DNA of 64,000 nucleotides from contig QOPF01000001.1 in assembly GCA_003331625.1 (NCBI GenBank), positions 167,474 to 231,473 of the forward strand, written 5' to 3'. The DNA is from Gammaproteobacteria bacterium (GTDB taxonomy: Bacteria; Pseudomonadota; Gammaproteobacteria; Magnimaribacterales; AG-339-G14). Made by a program: the position numbers and the translations under genes. This document shows, piece after piece, positions 28,225 through 37,997 of this stretch (within the stretch, counting starts at the first letter, position 1; each line of letters begins with the position of its first letter). Under the pieces are notes generated by a model. That model was not told the origin of the DNA. It worked only from the letters and a program-made list of their open reading frames with translations, and ran no database searches.

Positions 28225-29895
28225 TTAGTCAGTGACAGCTCCTTCTGATGCGGATTTAACAGTCTTCGCATATTTTGCTAAAACCCCTTTTTTTGGCATT
28301 GGTTTAGGATTTTTCCAGTTTTTCCTTCTTTCTTCTAAATCAGAATCTGAAATATCTGCATTTATAGTTCCTATCGACGCATCAATAGTAATTATGTCTC
28401 CATCTTTAAGGAGTCCTATCAACCCACCCTTTGCAGCTTCAGGAGTTACATGTCCAACAACAAAACCATGAGATCCGCCAGAAAATCTTCCGTCTGTTAT
28501 AAATGCAACTTTATCGCCTAAATCTTGACCCATTATTGCAGAAGTAGGTTTTAGCATTTCTCGCATACCTGGACCGCCAACTGGTCCTTCGTATCTAACA
28601 ACAATTACATCTCCTTCTTTAATTTCTAAACCATAAATTGCTTCAAGCGTCTCTTCTTCTGAATTGAAAACTCTTGCTGGACCAGAGAAACTTAGTCCTT
28701 CTTTACCTGTTATTTTTGCTACCGCTCCTTCGCTTGCAAGATTGCCTTTTAAGATTTTCAGATGACTATCTTTTTTTATCGGGCTGCTTAATGGATAAAT
28801 AATTTTTTGATCTTTCGGATAAGGAATAACTTCTTCCAAATTTTCAGCTAAAGTTTTTCCCGTTACAGTGAGTGTATCGCCATGAAGAAGTTTTGCGTCT
28901 AGTAGAGTTTTCATAAGAGGTTGGATTCCCCCAATGGCATTTAATTCTGACATTAGAAAGTGCCCAGAAGGTCTGAGATCTGCCAATAATGGGCTTTTCT
29001 TACCAATTTCTTCAAAGTCATCGATGCATAATGGAACATCTATACTTTTAGCCATTGCTATTAAGTGCAGAACGGCATTGGTAGAACCACCTAGAGCGAT
29101 TATGACGCGAATAGCATTTTCAAAAGCTTTACGAGTCATAATATCCGAGGGTTTGATATCTTTTTCGAGAAGATTATTAATGGCTACTCCTATTTTTTTA
29201 CAATCTCCTTTTTTATCATTTGATACTGCATCCTGAGAGCTGCTACCCGGCAAACTCATTCCTAAAGCCTCTATCGCTGAAGCCATGGTGTTTGCTGTAT
29301 ACATGCCGCCACAAGATCCTGGACCTGGCAATGCGGTTTTTTCAATTGCAATTAAATCTTCTTCAGATATTTTATTGCTTGAATAGCTACCAATGCCTTC
29401 CATGACAGTAATCAAATCGGTATGATTCTCTCCAGGTTTTATAGATCCACCATAAACAAAAATTGAAGGTCTGTTTAATCTCGCTAGGCCAATCAAGCAG
29501 CCCGGCATATTTTTATCACACCCTCCAATAGCTATAACGCCATCAAAAGATTGACAAGCAACTACCGTTTCAATTGAATCAGCAATAACCTCTCTGGAAA
29601 CCAAAGAATACCTCATTCCCAGGGTTCCCATGGAGATCCCATCTGAAATAGTAATAGTATTAAATAAGACTGATTTTAACTCTTCGGCATCAATAGAATC
29701 ACAAACTATTGAAGCAAGATCGTTTATGTGAATATTACATGGTGTAACCTTTGACCATGTTGAGGCTACTCCTACTTGAGGCACTGTAAAATCAGCGTCC
29801 TCAAATCCAGCAGCCCTTAACATCGATCTTGATGTTGCTTGCTCAGGTCCGTCAACCAATGGTGAGGAGTATTTTCTCTTATTTATTTTTGTCAT
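28225..29895 (-). CDS. ilvD: Dihydroxy-acid dehydratase
   Basis: 556 aa. IlvD/Edd family motifs include CDKNMPG, GSCGGMYTANTM and GRFSGG. Confidence 0.95.
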   Translation of the reverse strand: MTKINKRKYSSPLVDGPEQATSRSMLRAAGFEDADFTVPQVGVASTWSKVTPCNIHINDLASIVCDSIDAEELKSVLFNTITISDGISMGTLGMRYSLVSREVIADSIETVVACQSFDGVIAIGGCDKNMPGCLIGLARLNRPSIFVYGGSIKPGENHTDLITVMEGIGSYSSNKISEEDLIAIEKTALPGPGSCGGMYTANTMASAIEALGMSLPGSSSQDAVSNDKKGDCKKIGVAINNLLEKDIKPSDIMTRKAFENAIRVIIALGGSTNAVLHLIAMAKSIDVPLCIDDFEEIGKKSPLLADLRPSGHFLMSELNAIGGIQPLMKTLLDAKLLHGDTLTVTGKTLAENLEEVIPYPKDQKIIYPLSSPIKKDSHLKILKGNLASEGAVAKITGKEGLSFSGPARVFNSEEETLEAIYGLEIKEGDVIVVRYEGPVGGPGMREMLKPTSAIMGQDLGDKVAFITDGRFSGGSHGFVVGHVTPEAAKGGLIGLLKDGDIITIDASIGTINADISDSDLEERRKNWKNPKPMPKKGVLAKYAKTVKSASEGAVTD

Positions 29896-29915
29896 CTCGT
29901 TATGTTTTAAAAAAT

Positions 29916-31499
29916 TTAATTATATGCAGCTTGAATTAAAGATTTTGTATATTCTTCTTTAGAATTGTAAAAGACTTCATTTCTCTTACCTTGTTCTATT
30001 ATTTTACCTGACTTTAAGACAACAATTTCATCAGCAATTGCATTAATGACTTTTAAATCGTGACTAATTAGTAAATAACTTAAACCTTTTTTGGACTGTA
30101 AATCTAATAAAAGGTTTATTATTTCTTTTTGTATGGAGATATCTAGAGCTGATGTAGGCTCGTCTAAAATTAATAATTTCGGTTCTAAAATTAATACTTT
30201 TGCTAAAGCTATTCTTTGTCTTTGCCCTCCAGAAAATTCATGTGGATACTTATTAAGGTCATCTTCAGCTAACTTGACTTCGTTTATAACATCATAGACT
30301 TTTTCTTTTTTTTCTTGATTACTTAAGTAAGGTTCGTGAATATCTAGGCCTTCTTTGACAATATTAAAAATTTTCTGCCGCGGAGAAAGAGAGCTAAATG
30401 GATCTTGAAAGACAAGTTGACAATTTTTTTTAAAATCTTTTTTTTGTTTTTTTGTAAAATCTTTAATATTTTGGTCGTCAAAATTTATTTTTCCAGAATA
30501 ATCTTCAATCCCCAATATAGACCTTGCTAAAGAGGATTTGCCTGACCCAGACTCACCAACTAGTCCCAAAGCAGAATTTTTATAAATTTTTAAATTAATA
30601 TCATTTAGGGCTTTAAAAGTTTTTGATCTACCCAAAAAATCTTTTTTTGAATAATTTAGAGATAGAGATGAAACTTCGAGAATTTTTCCATTAAATATAG
30701 ATTCTTCTTGTTTAGGTTCTGGTGAGGAATGAATCAGCCTTTTAGTATAGTCATTGTTTGGATTTTCAAAGATCTCTGTTACTGAATTTTCCTCTTCTAT
30801 TTTACCTTTCTGCATAACCAGAACATTATCTGAGATTTGTTTCACTACATTCAAATCATGAGATATAAAAATAATGCTCATACCCATTTTTTTTTGTAAT
30901 TTTTTTAATAAGCGAATCAGACTTTGCTCAATACTTACGTCAAGAGCCGTGGTTGGTTCATCAGCTATTAAAAGATCTGGACTATTAGAAATAGCCATAG
31001 CTATCATTACCCTTTGTCTTTGCCCTCCAGAAATTTGATGGGGATAAGAGTCGTATATTTTTATAGGGTCCTGAAACTCAACTTCTTTAAGTAGTTCTAA
31101 AACCTCCTCTTTTTTACCGAAATCAAAAGAGTAATTAACAGAAAATGATTCTTCTACTTGTTTACCACACTTCATAAAGGGGTTTAATGATGTCATGGGT
31201 TCTTGAAAAATCATTGATATCTTCTTTCCTCTGATTTGTCGCATCTCTGAATTTGTTTTTTTAAGCAAATTTTCTTCATTAAAAAATATTTCACTACTTT
31301 TGTTATGGCTTGCAAGCGGATAAGGAAGCAACTTCATAATAGATAACCCGATAATACTTTTTCCAGATCCCGATTCTCCAACAATTGATAGTGTTTCTCC
31401 TTTAGAGACTGAAAATGAAATATCTGATGCTGCAAGAATTTTTTCTTCTTTTTTTGTATTAAAATAAATTGATAAATTTTTAACTTCCAAAAGTCTCAT
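29916..31499 (-). CDS. ABC transporter ATP-binding protein with two fused ATPase domains (YejF/oligopeptide-type)
   Basis: 527 aa with two Walker A motifs (GESGSGKS twice), two signature motifs (LSGGQRQR and FSGGQRQR) and MIFQEPMTSLNP, typical of DppD/OppD/YejF ATPases. Confidence 0.85.
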   Translation of the reverse strand: MRLLEVKNLSIYFNTKKEEKILAASDISFSVSKGETLSIVGESGSGKSIIGLSIMKLLPYPLASHNKSSEIFFNEENLLKKTNSEMRQIRGKKISMIFQEPMTSLNPFMKCGKQVEESFSVNYSFDFGKKEEVLELLKEVEFQDPIKIYDSYPHQISGGQRQRVMIAMAISNSPDLLIADEPTTALDVSIEQSLIRLLKKLQKKMGMSIIFISHDLNVVKQISDNVLVMQKGKIEEENSVTEIFENPNNDYTKRLIHSSPEPKQEESIFNGKILEVSSLSLNYSKKDFLGRSKTFKALNDINLKIYKNSALGLVGESGSGKSSLARSILGIEDYSGKINFDDQNIKDFTKKQKKDFKKNCQLVFQDPFSSLSPRQKIFNIVKEGLDIHEPYLSNQEKKEKVYDVINEVKLAEDDLNKYPHEFSGGQRQRIALAKVLILEPKLLILDEPTSALDISIQKEIINLLLDLQSKKGLSYLLISHDLKVINAIADEIVVLKSGKIIEQGKRNEVFYNSKEEYTKSLIQAAYN

Positions 31500-31513
31500 A
31501 TTTTAAAGATTAC

Positions 31514-31969
31514 ATGAAAATATATATTTTTCTAATCAGCTTTTTCTCAATTTTCTGCTATGGTCAAATTTTTGAACCTAATGCAGATATTCCTGAAGCT
31601 CATGAAGCTTTTAAACTTTCAGCCAGCTATGATGAACAAAGTCTTTCGATAAAATTTGATTTAGCCCCAAACACTTATCTCTACTTTCAAAAGATAATTA
31701 TGAAAGGAAGTGAAATTAAAAATTTAAACCCTATATTTGAGGCTACAATAAAAAATAAAGACGATATTTTTTTTGGAAAAGTTCAAATAATTGATTCTTC
31801 TTTCAAAATTTCTATAACTCCTAATTTAGAAAAAAAAATTATATTAATGTTTCAAGGTTGTTTTCAAAATAAAGTCTGCTATCCAGCTCAAAAAAATAAT
31901 ATTTTAATAAAATATAGGGAAAAAAAGATATCTTCTGTGAAAATATCTAAAATTTCGTCTAAAATCTAA
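31514..31969 (+). CDS. Stand-alone DsbD N-terminal (alpha) domain protein
   Basis: 151 aa with a signal peptide and AFKL...YLY. QGCFQNKVCYPA matches the DsbD-alpha catalytic pair motif (E. coli QGCADAGFCYPP). Occupies the dsbD slot upstream of aroQ-accBC. Confidence 0.6.
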   Translation: MKIYIFLISFFSIFCYGQIFEPNADIPEAHEAFKLSASYDEQSLSIKFDLAPNTYLYFQKIIMKGSEIKNLNPIFEATIKNKDDIFFGKVQIIDSSFKISITPNLEKKIILMFQGCFQNKVCYPAQKNNILIKYREKKISSVKISKISSKI

Positions 31970-31972
31970 AAA

Positions 31973-32407
31973 ATGAAAAACTTTCTACTTTTAAATGGTC
32001 CTAATCTAAATTTACTCGGTAATAGAGAAAAAGATATTTATGGAGAGAGTTCTCTTGAAGAAATCGAGAAAAATCTAATTAACGTTGCTAATCAAAATAA
32101 GGTAAATTTATTTACATTTCAAAGTAATGCAGAACACGAACTTGTTGATAGAATTCAAGCTGGGAAAAAAGAAAACGTTGCTTGTATCTTATTCAACCCC
32201 GGAGCTTTTACCCATACGAGCGTAGCTTTACGAGATGCAATTCTAGCAGTAGATATTCCTTTAATAGAAATTCATATTAGTAATATTTTTAATAGAGAGT
32301 CTTTTCGAGAAAAATCTTTTTTCTCTGATATTGCAGTAGGAATAATTTCAGGTTTCGGAGAAAAAGGTTATAAAGCAGCACTAGACTTAGCTCTAGAAAA
32401 ATTTTAA
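31973..32407 (+). CDS. aroQ: 3-dehydroquinate dehydratase, type II
   Basis: 144 aa with LLLNGPNLNLLGNREKDIYG, NPGAFTHTSVALRDA and EIHISNI. Confidence 0.92.
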   Translation: MKNFLLLNGPNLNLLGNREKDIYGESSLEEIEKNLINVANQNKVNLFTFQSNAEHELVDRIQAGKKENVACILFNPGAFTHTSVALRDAILAVDIPLIEIHISNIFNRESFREKSFFSDIAVGIISGFGEKGYKAALDLALEKF

Positions 32408-32419
32408 GGAGAGATAATC

Positions 32420-32875
32420 ATGGATATACGAAAAGTAAAAAAACTTATAGAAATGTTGGAAGAGTCTAATCTCAATGAGATAGAAATTAAAGAAGGAGAA
32501 GAATCTGTGAAACTTGTCAAAGCTCAAGTTTCCTCGATAAAAGAACAGATTGTTAGCTCTGTGAACGAAGCACCAAAAATCTCATCAACCGAGAATCAAG
32601 ATAAAAAAAATTCTGAAATGGAAAAAGAAGAACAAATTCTAGGTAAAACTGTGGACTCTCCTATGGTAGGAACTTTTTATGGAGCACCCAATCCAGGTGC
32701 AGATGACTTTGTGTCAGTGGGAGACAAAATCTCAGAAGGAGATGTTCTTTGCATTATTGAAGCAATGAAAATGATGAATGAAGTTAAGTCAGATTTTTCA
32801 GGGACAGTAAAACAGGTTCTTGTCGAAAATGCTGAGCCTGTTGAATTTGGACAAGCACTGTTTGTTGTAGAATAA
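32420..32875 (+). CDS. accB: Acetyl-CoA carboxylase biotin carboxyl carrier protein
   Basis: 151 aa with the biotinylation motif EAMKMMNE. Confidence 0.95.
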   Translation: MDIRKVKKLIEMLEESNLNEIEIKEGEESVKLVKAQVSSIKEQIVSSVNEAPKISSTENQDKKNSEMEKEEQILGKTVDSPMVGTFYGAPNPGADDFVSVGDKISEGDVLCIIEAMKMMNEVKSDFSGTVKQVLVENAEPVEFGQALFVVE

Positions 32876-34216
32876 ATGTTCAAAAAAATTCTAATTGCCA
32901 ATAGAGGGGAAGTGGCTTTGAGAGTTCTCAGAGCTTGTAAAGAAATGGGGATTGGAACGGTTGCAATATATTCAGAAGCAGACAAAGAACTCAAACATGT
33001 AAAAATGGCTGACGAATCCGTCTGTATCGGACCTCCTGAGTCTACAAAAAGCTATCTCAATATTCCGGCAATCATAAGTGCTTGTGAAGTTACCGATTGT
33101 GATGCGATTCATCCCGGCGTTGGTTTTTTGGCAGAGAACGATCATTTTGCTGAGCAAGTTGAAGCAAGTGGATATAAGTTTATAGGGCCTGATCCTGAAA
33201 GTATCAAGGTTATGGGTAATAAAATATCTGCCAAAAATACGGTATCAAATTCAGGAATGCAGTGTGTTCCTGGCACAGGAAGAATTTCTGCTACCAATAG
33301 AGAAACAATGGATATAGCGAATAAAATAGGTTATCCCGTTATTATCAAAGCTGCAGCTGGAGGAGGAGGCAAAGGAATTCAAGTTGTTGAAAAAGAAGAA
33401 GATCTTTTAGATAAATTACAACTTACCCAGAGAGAAGCATTAAATAGTTTTGGAAGTGACGAAATATATCTAGAAAAGTTTCTAATTTCTCCTAGACATG
33501 TTGAAATTCAAATTGCCGCAGATGAACAAGGTAACGTGATTCACTTTTTTGAAAGAGACTGCTCAATACAGAGAAAAAATCAAAAAATAATAGAAGAGGC
33601 ACCTGCTTTTGGAATACCTGAAGAAAAACTAAAAGAAATCAGGAAAGTCTCGGTAGATACTTGCAGGAAATTAAAATACAAAGGTCTTGGAACTTTTGAG
33701 TTTCTTTATGAGGATGGAGAATTTTACTTCATAGAAATGAATACGCGTTTACAAGTGGAGCACACCATAACGGAAATGATCACCGGCATAGATTTAGTCA
33801 AACTACAAATAAAAATTGCTGCTGGAGAAGAAATTAGATTTTCGCAAGAAGAAATAACATGTAGAGGGCATGCTATAGAATGTAGAATTAACGCTGAGCA
33901 CTCTGAAACATTCATTCCTTCACCAGGGCTAGTTACTGAATTTCATCCGCCGGGCGGATTTAGAATAAGAACGGACTCTCATTTATATTCTGGATACAAA
34001 GTTCCACAATATTATGACGCATTAGTAGCAAAAATCTGTTCTCACTCTAAGGACAGATTAGATGCAATAAGAAAAATGCGAGTTGCTTTAGAAGAGATGT
34101 ATATTGAAGGGATTGATACTAACGCTGATTTACACGATAAAATATTTAGTGAGCAAAATTTTGTTGAAGGAAATATTTCTATTAATTATCTAAAAGAAAT
34201 ACTAAATATTTCCTAA
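32876..34216 (+). CDS. accC: Acetyl-CoA carboxylase biotin carboxylase subunit
   Basis: 446 aa starting MFKKILIANRGEVALRVLRACKEMGI, with ATP-grasp motifs and EMNTRLQVEH. Confidence 0.97.
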   Translation: MFKKILIANRGEVALRVLRACKEMGIGTVAIYSEADKELKHVKMADESVCIGPPESTKSYLNIPAIISACEVTDCDAIHPGVGFLAENDHFAEQVEASGYKFIGPDPESIKVMGNKISAKNTVSNSGMQCVPGTGRISATNRETMDIANKIGYPVIIKAAAGGGGKGIQVVEKEEDLLDKLQLTQREALNSFGSDEIYLEKFLISPRHVEIQIAADEQGNVIHFFERDCSIQRKNQKIIEEAPAFGIPEEKLKEIRKVSVDTCRKLKYKGLGTFEFLYEDGEFYFIEMNTRLQVEHTITEMITGIDLVKLQIKIAAGEEIRFSQEEITCRGHAIECRINAEHSETFIPSPGLVTEFHPPGGFRIRTDSHLYSGYKVPQYYDALVAKICSHSKDRLDAIRKMRVALEEMYIEGIDTNADLHDKIFSEQNFVEGNISINYLKEILNIS

Positions 34217-36606
34217 TGTCCGAACCAGAATATAACTTTAAAGCTATAGAAAAGAATGCTCAGGATTTTTGGGAAAGCAATAAATCATTTGAAGTAGAGC
34301 CTGATCCCAAAAAAGAGAAATTTTATTGCCTGAGTATGTTTCCTTATCCTTCAGGGCAATGTCATATGGGTCATGTTAGAAACTATACCATTGGCGATGT
34401 TATCTCAAGGTTTCAAAGACTCAAGGGAAAGAATGTTCTTCAGCCAATGGGATGGGACGCTTTTGGGTTACCTGCTGAGAATGCTGCTATTGAAAATAAA
34501 GTTTCGCCAAAAGAATGGACCGAAAAGAATATCCTTGAGATGAAAAAACAACTCAAATCGCTTGGATTTGCATACGATTGGCGAAGAGAATTAAAAACTT
34601 GCAGTGAAGACTACTACCAATGGGAACAATGGTTATTTTGTAAGCTTTATGAAAAAGGATTGGTTATTAGGGAAGAAGCCGAAGTAAATTGGGATCCAGT
34701 TGATAAAACGGTTCTTGCAAATGAACAAGTAATAGAAGGAAAAGGTTGGCGCTCCGGAGCAGAAGTTGAAAAAAAGATTATAAATCAATGGTCTTTTAAA
34801 ATTACAAACTATGCAGATGAGCTTTTGGATGGTCTTGATCATCTGACGGGTTGGCCCGAACAAGTTAAATTGATGCAAAAGAATTGGATTGGTAAGTCTA
34901 AGGGTGTTTTATTTGAATTCTTATCAACTGAATCAGACAAAATAGAAGCATTTACAACTAGACCAGACACTATCATGGGAGTTACATTTATGGCTTTGTC
35001 TTTTTCTCATGAAATTGTCAGAAGAGAGGTAGAAACCAATAAAGAATTGGCAAAATGGATTAAGAAAAACTCTAGAGTAAAAAAAGCCGAAGCTGATTTA
35101 ACTAAACAAGAAAAAAAAGGATTCAAACTTAAAATAAAGGCGATACATCCCATTTCAAAAAGAGAAATTGATATTTGGGTTGCTAATTTTGTTTTATCTG
35201 ATTATGGCTCAGGAGCCTTAATGGGGGTTCCTGGTCATGACCAACGTGACTTTGAATTTGCTAAATCTAATAATATTGAAATTATTCAAGTAATTGATGA
35301 TGGAGCTGGTCTTAAGGATAAGTTTGATCATGCTATTACAGAAAAAGGAGTAATAGTTAACTCAGATAATTTAAATGGTCTCTCATCAGAGGAAGCTTTC
35401 TCAATCCTTACCAAAGAAAATGAATTAAATTTTCAGGGAAAAGAAAAAATTAATTTTCGTCTAAGAAATTGGGGGGTATCAAGACAAAGAAATTGGGGCG
35501 CACCAATTCCTATGTTTATTTCATCAAAGGAAACTAAAAAAGTTTTGCCTTTTAATGTTCTTGAAGAAGATCAAATATCTAAGAATGAAATTGAAGTAGA
35601 TGGTATTCACTATTTAAAGGAAAAAGATACATTTGATACTTTTGTTGAATCATCTTGGTATTACGCAAGATTTGCATCTTATAGGTCGGAAAACTCTATG
35701 GTAGATTCTGAAGCAGATTATTGGCTACCTGTTGATCAATATATAGGAGGAATAGAACATGCGATCTTACATCTTTTATATTCTCGTTTTTTTTGTAAGG
35801 TCATGAATGATTTATCTTTAATAAAAATAAGGGAGCCTTTTACCAATTTATTGTGCCAAGGTATGGTTCTTAAAGATGGCTCTAAAATGTCTAAATCAAA
35901 AGGCAATACGGTTAATCCAAACGATCTCATAAAGAAATATGGAGCAGATACTGTTAGATTATTTTCAATGTTTGCTGCCCCGCCAGAACAATCTCTAGAA
36001 TGGTCAGACTCAGGCGTAAATGGTTCTTATAAATTTATAAAAAAATTATGGTCTCTATCTCAAAAGCTTATTTCTCAAAAAGTTATTTCAAAAGAAACAA
36101 CAAAAGATTTTAGCAATATCTTTATCAAGTTAAATCAAACCATAAAAAAAGTTTCGGAAGATTTCGAAAATAAAAATCAATTTAATACTGCAATAGCTTC
36201 CGTCATGGAATTATTAAACGCTATTCCAAAGGATTTTTTAAATCCCGAGATATCAAAAGAGAATCATAAAACTTTTAGGTTAATAATTGAAAATAGCATA
36301 GTTATGCTATCTCCGATTATTCCTCATGTATGTCATGAGCTTTGGTTAAAATTAGGAAAAAAAACTTTCATTCATAATGAATCTTGGCCTGATTTTGATG
36401 CATCTAATCTTTTAGGAAATGAAATTACAATTGCAATTCAAATAAATGGGAAGTTGAGAGGTAAAATTCAAGTTGAGACAACCAGTGATGAACAAGCTAT
36501 CATTGATCAGAGTTTACAATTAGAAAATGTTAAGAAATACCTTGAAAAAGAATCTATTAAGAAGACTATCTACGTACCTCAAAAACTTGTTAATTTTGTT
36601 ATTTAA
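34216..36606 (+). CDS. leuS: Leucyl-tRNA synthetase
   Basis: 796 aa with the HIGH-type motif PYPSGQCHMGH and the KMSKS motif. Confidence 0.97.
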   Translation: MSEPEYNFKAIEKNAQDFWESNKSFEVEPDPKKEKFYCLSMFPYPSGQCHMGHVRNYTIGDVISRFQRLKGKNVLQPMGWDAFGLPAENAAIENKVSPKEWTEKNILEMKKQLKSLGFAYDWRRELKTCSEDYYQWEQWLFCKLYEKGLVIREEAEVNWDPVDKTVLANEQVIEGKGWRSGAEVEKKIINQWSFKITNYADELLDGLDHLTGWPEQVKLMQKNWIGKSKGVLFEFLSTESDKIEAFTTRPDTIMGVTFMALSFSHEIVRREVETNKELAKWIKKNSRVKKAEADLTKQEKKGFKLKIKAIHPISKREIDIWVANFVLSDYGSGALMGVPGHDQRDFEFAKSNNIEIIQVIDDGAGLKDKFDHAITEKGVIVNSDNLNGLSSEEAFSILTKENELNFQGKEKINFRLRNWGVSRQRNWGAPIPMFISSKETKKVLPFNVLEEDQISKNEIEVDGIHYLKEKDTFDTFVESSWYYARFASYRSENSMVDSEADYWLPVDQYIGGIEHAILHLLYSRFFCKVMNDLSLIKIREPFTNLLCQGMVLKDGSKMSKSKGNTVNPNDLIKKYGADTVRLFSMFAAPPEQSLEWSDSGVNGSYKFIKKLWSLSQKLISQKVISKETTKDFSNIFIKLNQTIKKVSEDFENKNQFNTAIASVMELLNAIPKDFLNPEISKENHKTFRLIIENSIVMLSPIIPHVCHELWLKLGKKTFIHNESWPDFDASNLLGNEITIAIQINGKLRGKIQVETTSDEQAIIDQSLQLENVKKYLEKESIKKTIYVPQKLVNFVI

Positions 36607-37093
36607 TTTAAGAAAAATATTTTTTAAAACTTTTGTAGTCCTTTTTATTATCTCTTGTGGATTACAGCCGCTTAATTACCCTAATGAAAAAGTAACGATT
36701 TTTTTTGAGTTTCAAAAGAATCCTTTAAATTTATCTCTTGTTCAAGAAATTAAGAAAAATTTTTTTATTATGAATGCCTCAGAAGTTCAAAATAAAGAAA
36801 GAGCATCTTATGTTGTAAAGATATCTGATCACAGGCTTGGAAAATTCTTAGAAGCCACAGACAGAGATTTGTTTCCAGCAATTGTTAGTCTAGATTATCA
36901 AGTAAAAATAGATATTCTTAAAAAAAGTACAGGTGAACTATATGAAATACCTATCTTTTCATCAGAAGATTTTTCTTATGATACTGAGAGTATTCTTTCT
37001 AACGAAAATAAAGCAGATGAAATTAAAATAGATTTTTTTAGTGATGCTGTTAACGAACTAATAATTTTCTTTTCGGAAAAATCTAATGCCTAA
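36587..37093 (+). CDS. lptE: LPS-assembly lipoprotein LptE (start uncertain)
   Basis: Lipobox VLFIISC|G and leuS-lptE-holA synteny. Candidate starts are ATG 36527 (43 aa before the Cys, deep inside leuS), TTG 36587 and TTG 36596. Confidence 0.6.
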   Translation: MLILLFNLRKIFFKTFVVLFIISCGLQPLNYPNEKVTIFFEFQKNPLNLSLVQEIKKNFFIMNASEVQNKERASYVVKISDHRLGKFLEATDRDLFPAIVSLDYQVKIDILKKSTGELYEIPIFSSEDFSYDTESILSNENKADEIKIDFFSDAVNELIIFFSEKSNA

Positions 37094-37997
37094 TCGACAT
37101 AAAATTATTTTAAGCTCTAATGAGTTACAAAATGCCAATATCAGAGATGAGATTATTAAAAACTTAAAATCGGAAGGTTTTACTGATAGAAAAATATTCA
37201 TTTATAAAAAGGGTTTGCATAAAGATATTTCTCTTAACGACTCGCAAAGAAGTTTATTTTCTGAAAAAGAGATAATTGACATAAGGCTTCAAGAAAAAAT
37301 GGTTTTAAAAGATGATGCTGAGTATTTGGTTTCAATTTTGCAGAAAGAAAATCCTGACCGTTCGATAGTAATTTCTTCCTTAAATAAAAAAATAAAGACT
37401 ACTGCTTGGTTCAAAAAAGCAGCTACTTCATCAAACTTATTTGAAGAGCCAACAGTTTATTCAAATCAAATTAAAGATTGGATAAAAAATGAAGCAAAAA
37501 AAATGGATTTAATTTTAAGTGAAGAAGGTCTTAATTTGATTGCCTCAAGAAATGAAGAAAATTTGTTATCTGCTTTCCAAGAACTTAAATTCCTTAAGTG
37601 CCTTGATCGAAAAGATACAGGCTATGAATTTGTTAGAGATAGTTCTGAATATCATGTTTTTAGTTTGGTAAATAATTTTTTAGTAAATAATATTTCTAAA
37701 TCTCTAGAAATTTTAGAAATAATGAGATTGAATAAAGAAAACGAACCTGGAATTATTACAGTTGTCTATCAGCAGTTAGATAGGCTGGAACAGCTCAAGC
37801 AAAACCCAAATTTTTTTTTAAAAGGAGTTCCTAGAGATTACACTATGAAGCTTAAAATTAAAGCAAAAAAAATATCTCCCATACAAATCAAAAGTCTAAG
37901 AAAAAAACTCGCTAACTTAGATAAAAACTTTAAAACTGGAAAAGTAGAGTTTTGGAAAGAATTAAAAAATATTGTCGTAAAGTTTGGATATATCTAA
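37086..37997 (+). CDS. holA: DNA polymerase III delta subunit
   Basis: 303 aa. The call rests mainly on conserved position after leuS-lptE and on size; the sequence is divergent. 8-nt overlap with lptE. Confidence 0.65.
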   Translation: MPNRHKIILSSNELQNANIRDEIIKNLKSEGFTDRKIFIYKKGLHKDISLNDSQRSLFSEKEIIDIRLQEKMVLKDDAEYLVSILQKENPDRSIVISSLNKKIKTTAWFKKAATSSNLFEEPTVYSNQIKDWIKNEAKKMDLILSEEGLNLIASRNEENLLSAFQELKFLKCLDRKDTGYEFVRDSSEYHVFSLVNNFLVNNISKSLEILEIMRLNKENEPGIITVVYQQLDRLEQLKQNPNFFLKGVPRDYTMKLKIKAKKISPIQIKSLRKKLANLDKNFKTGKVEFWKELKNIVVKFGYI

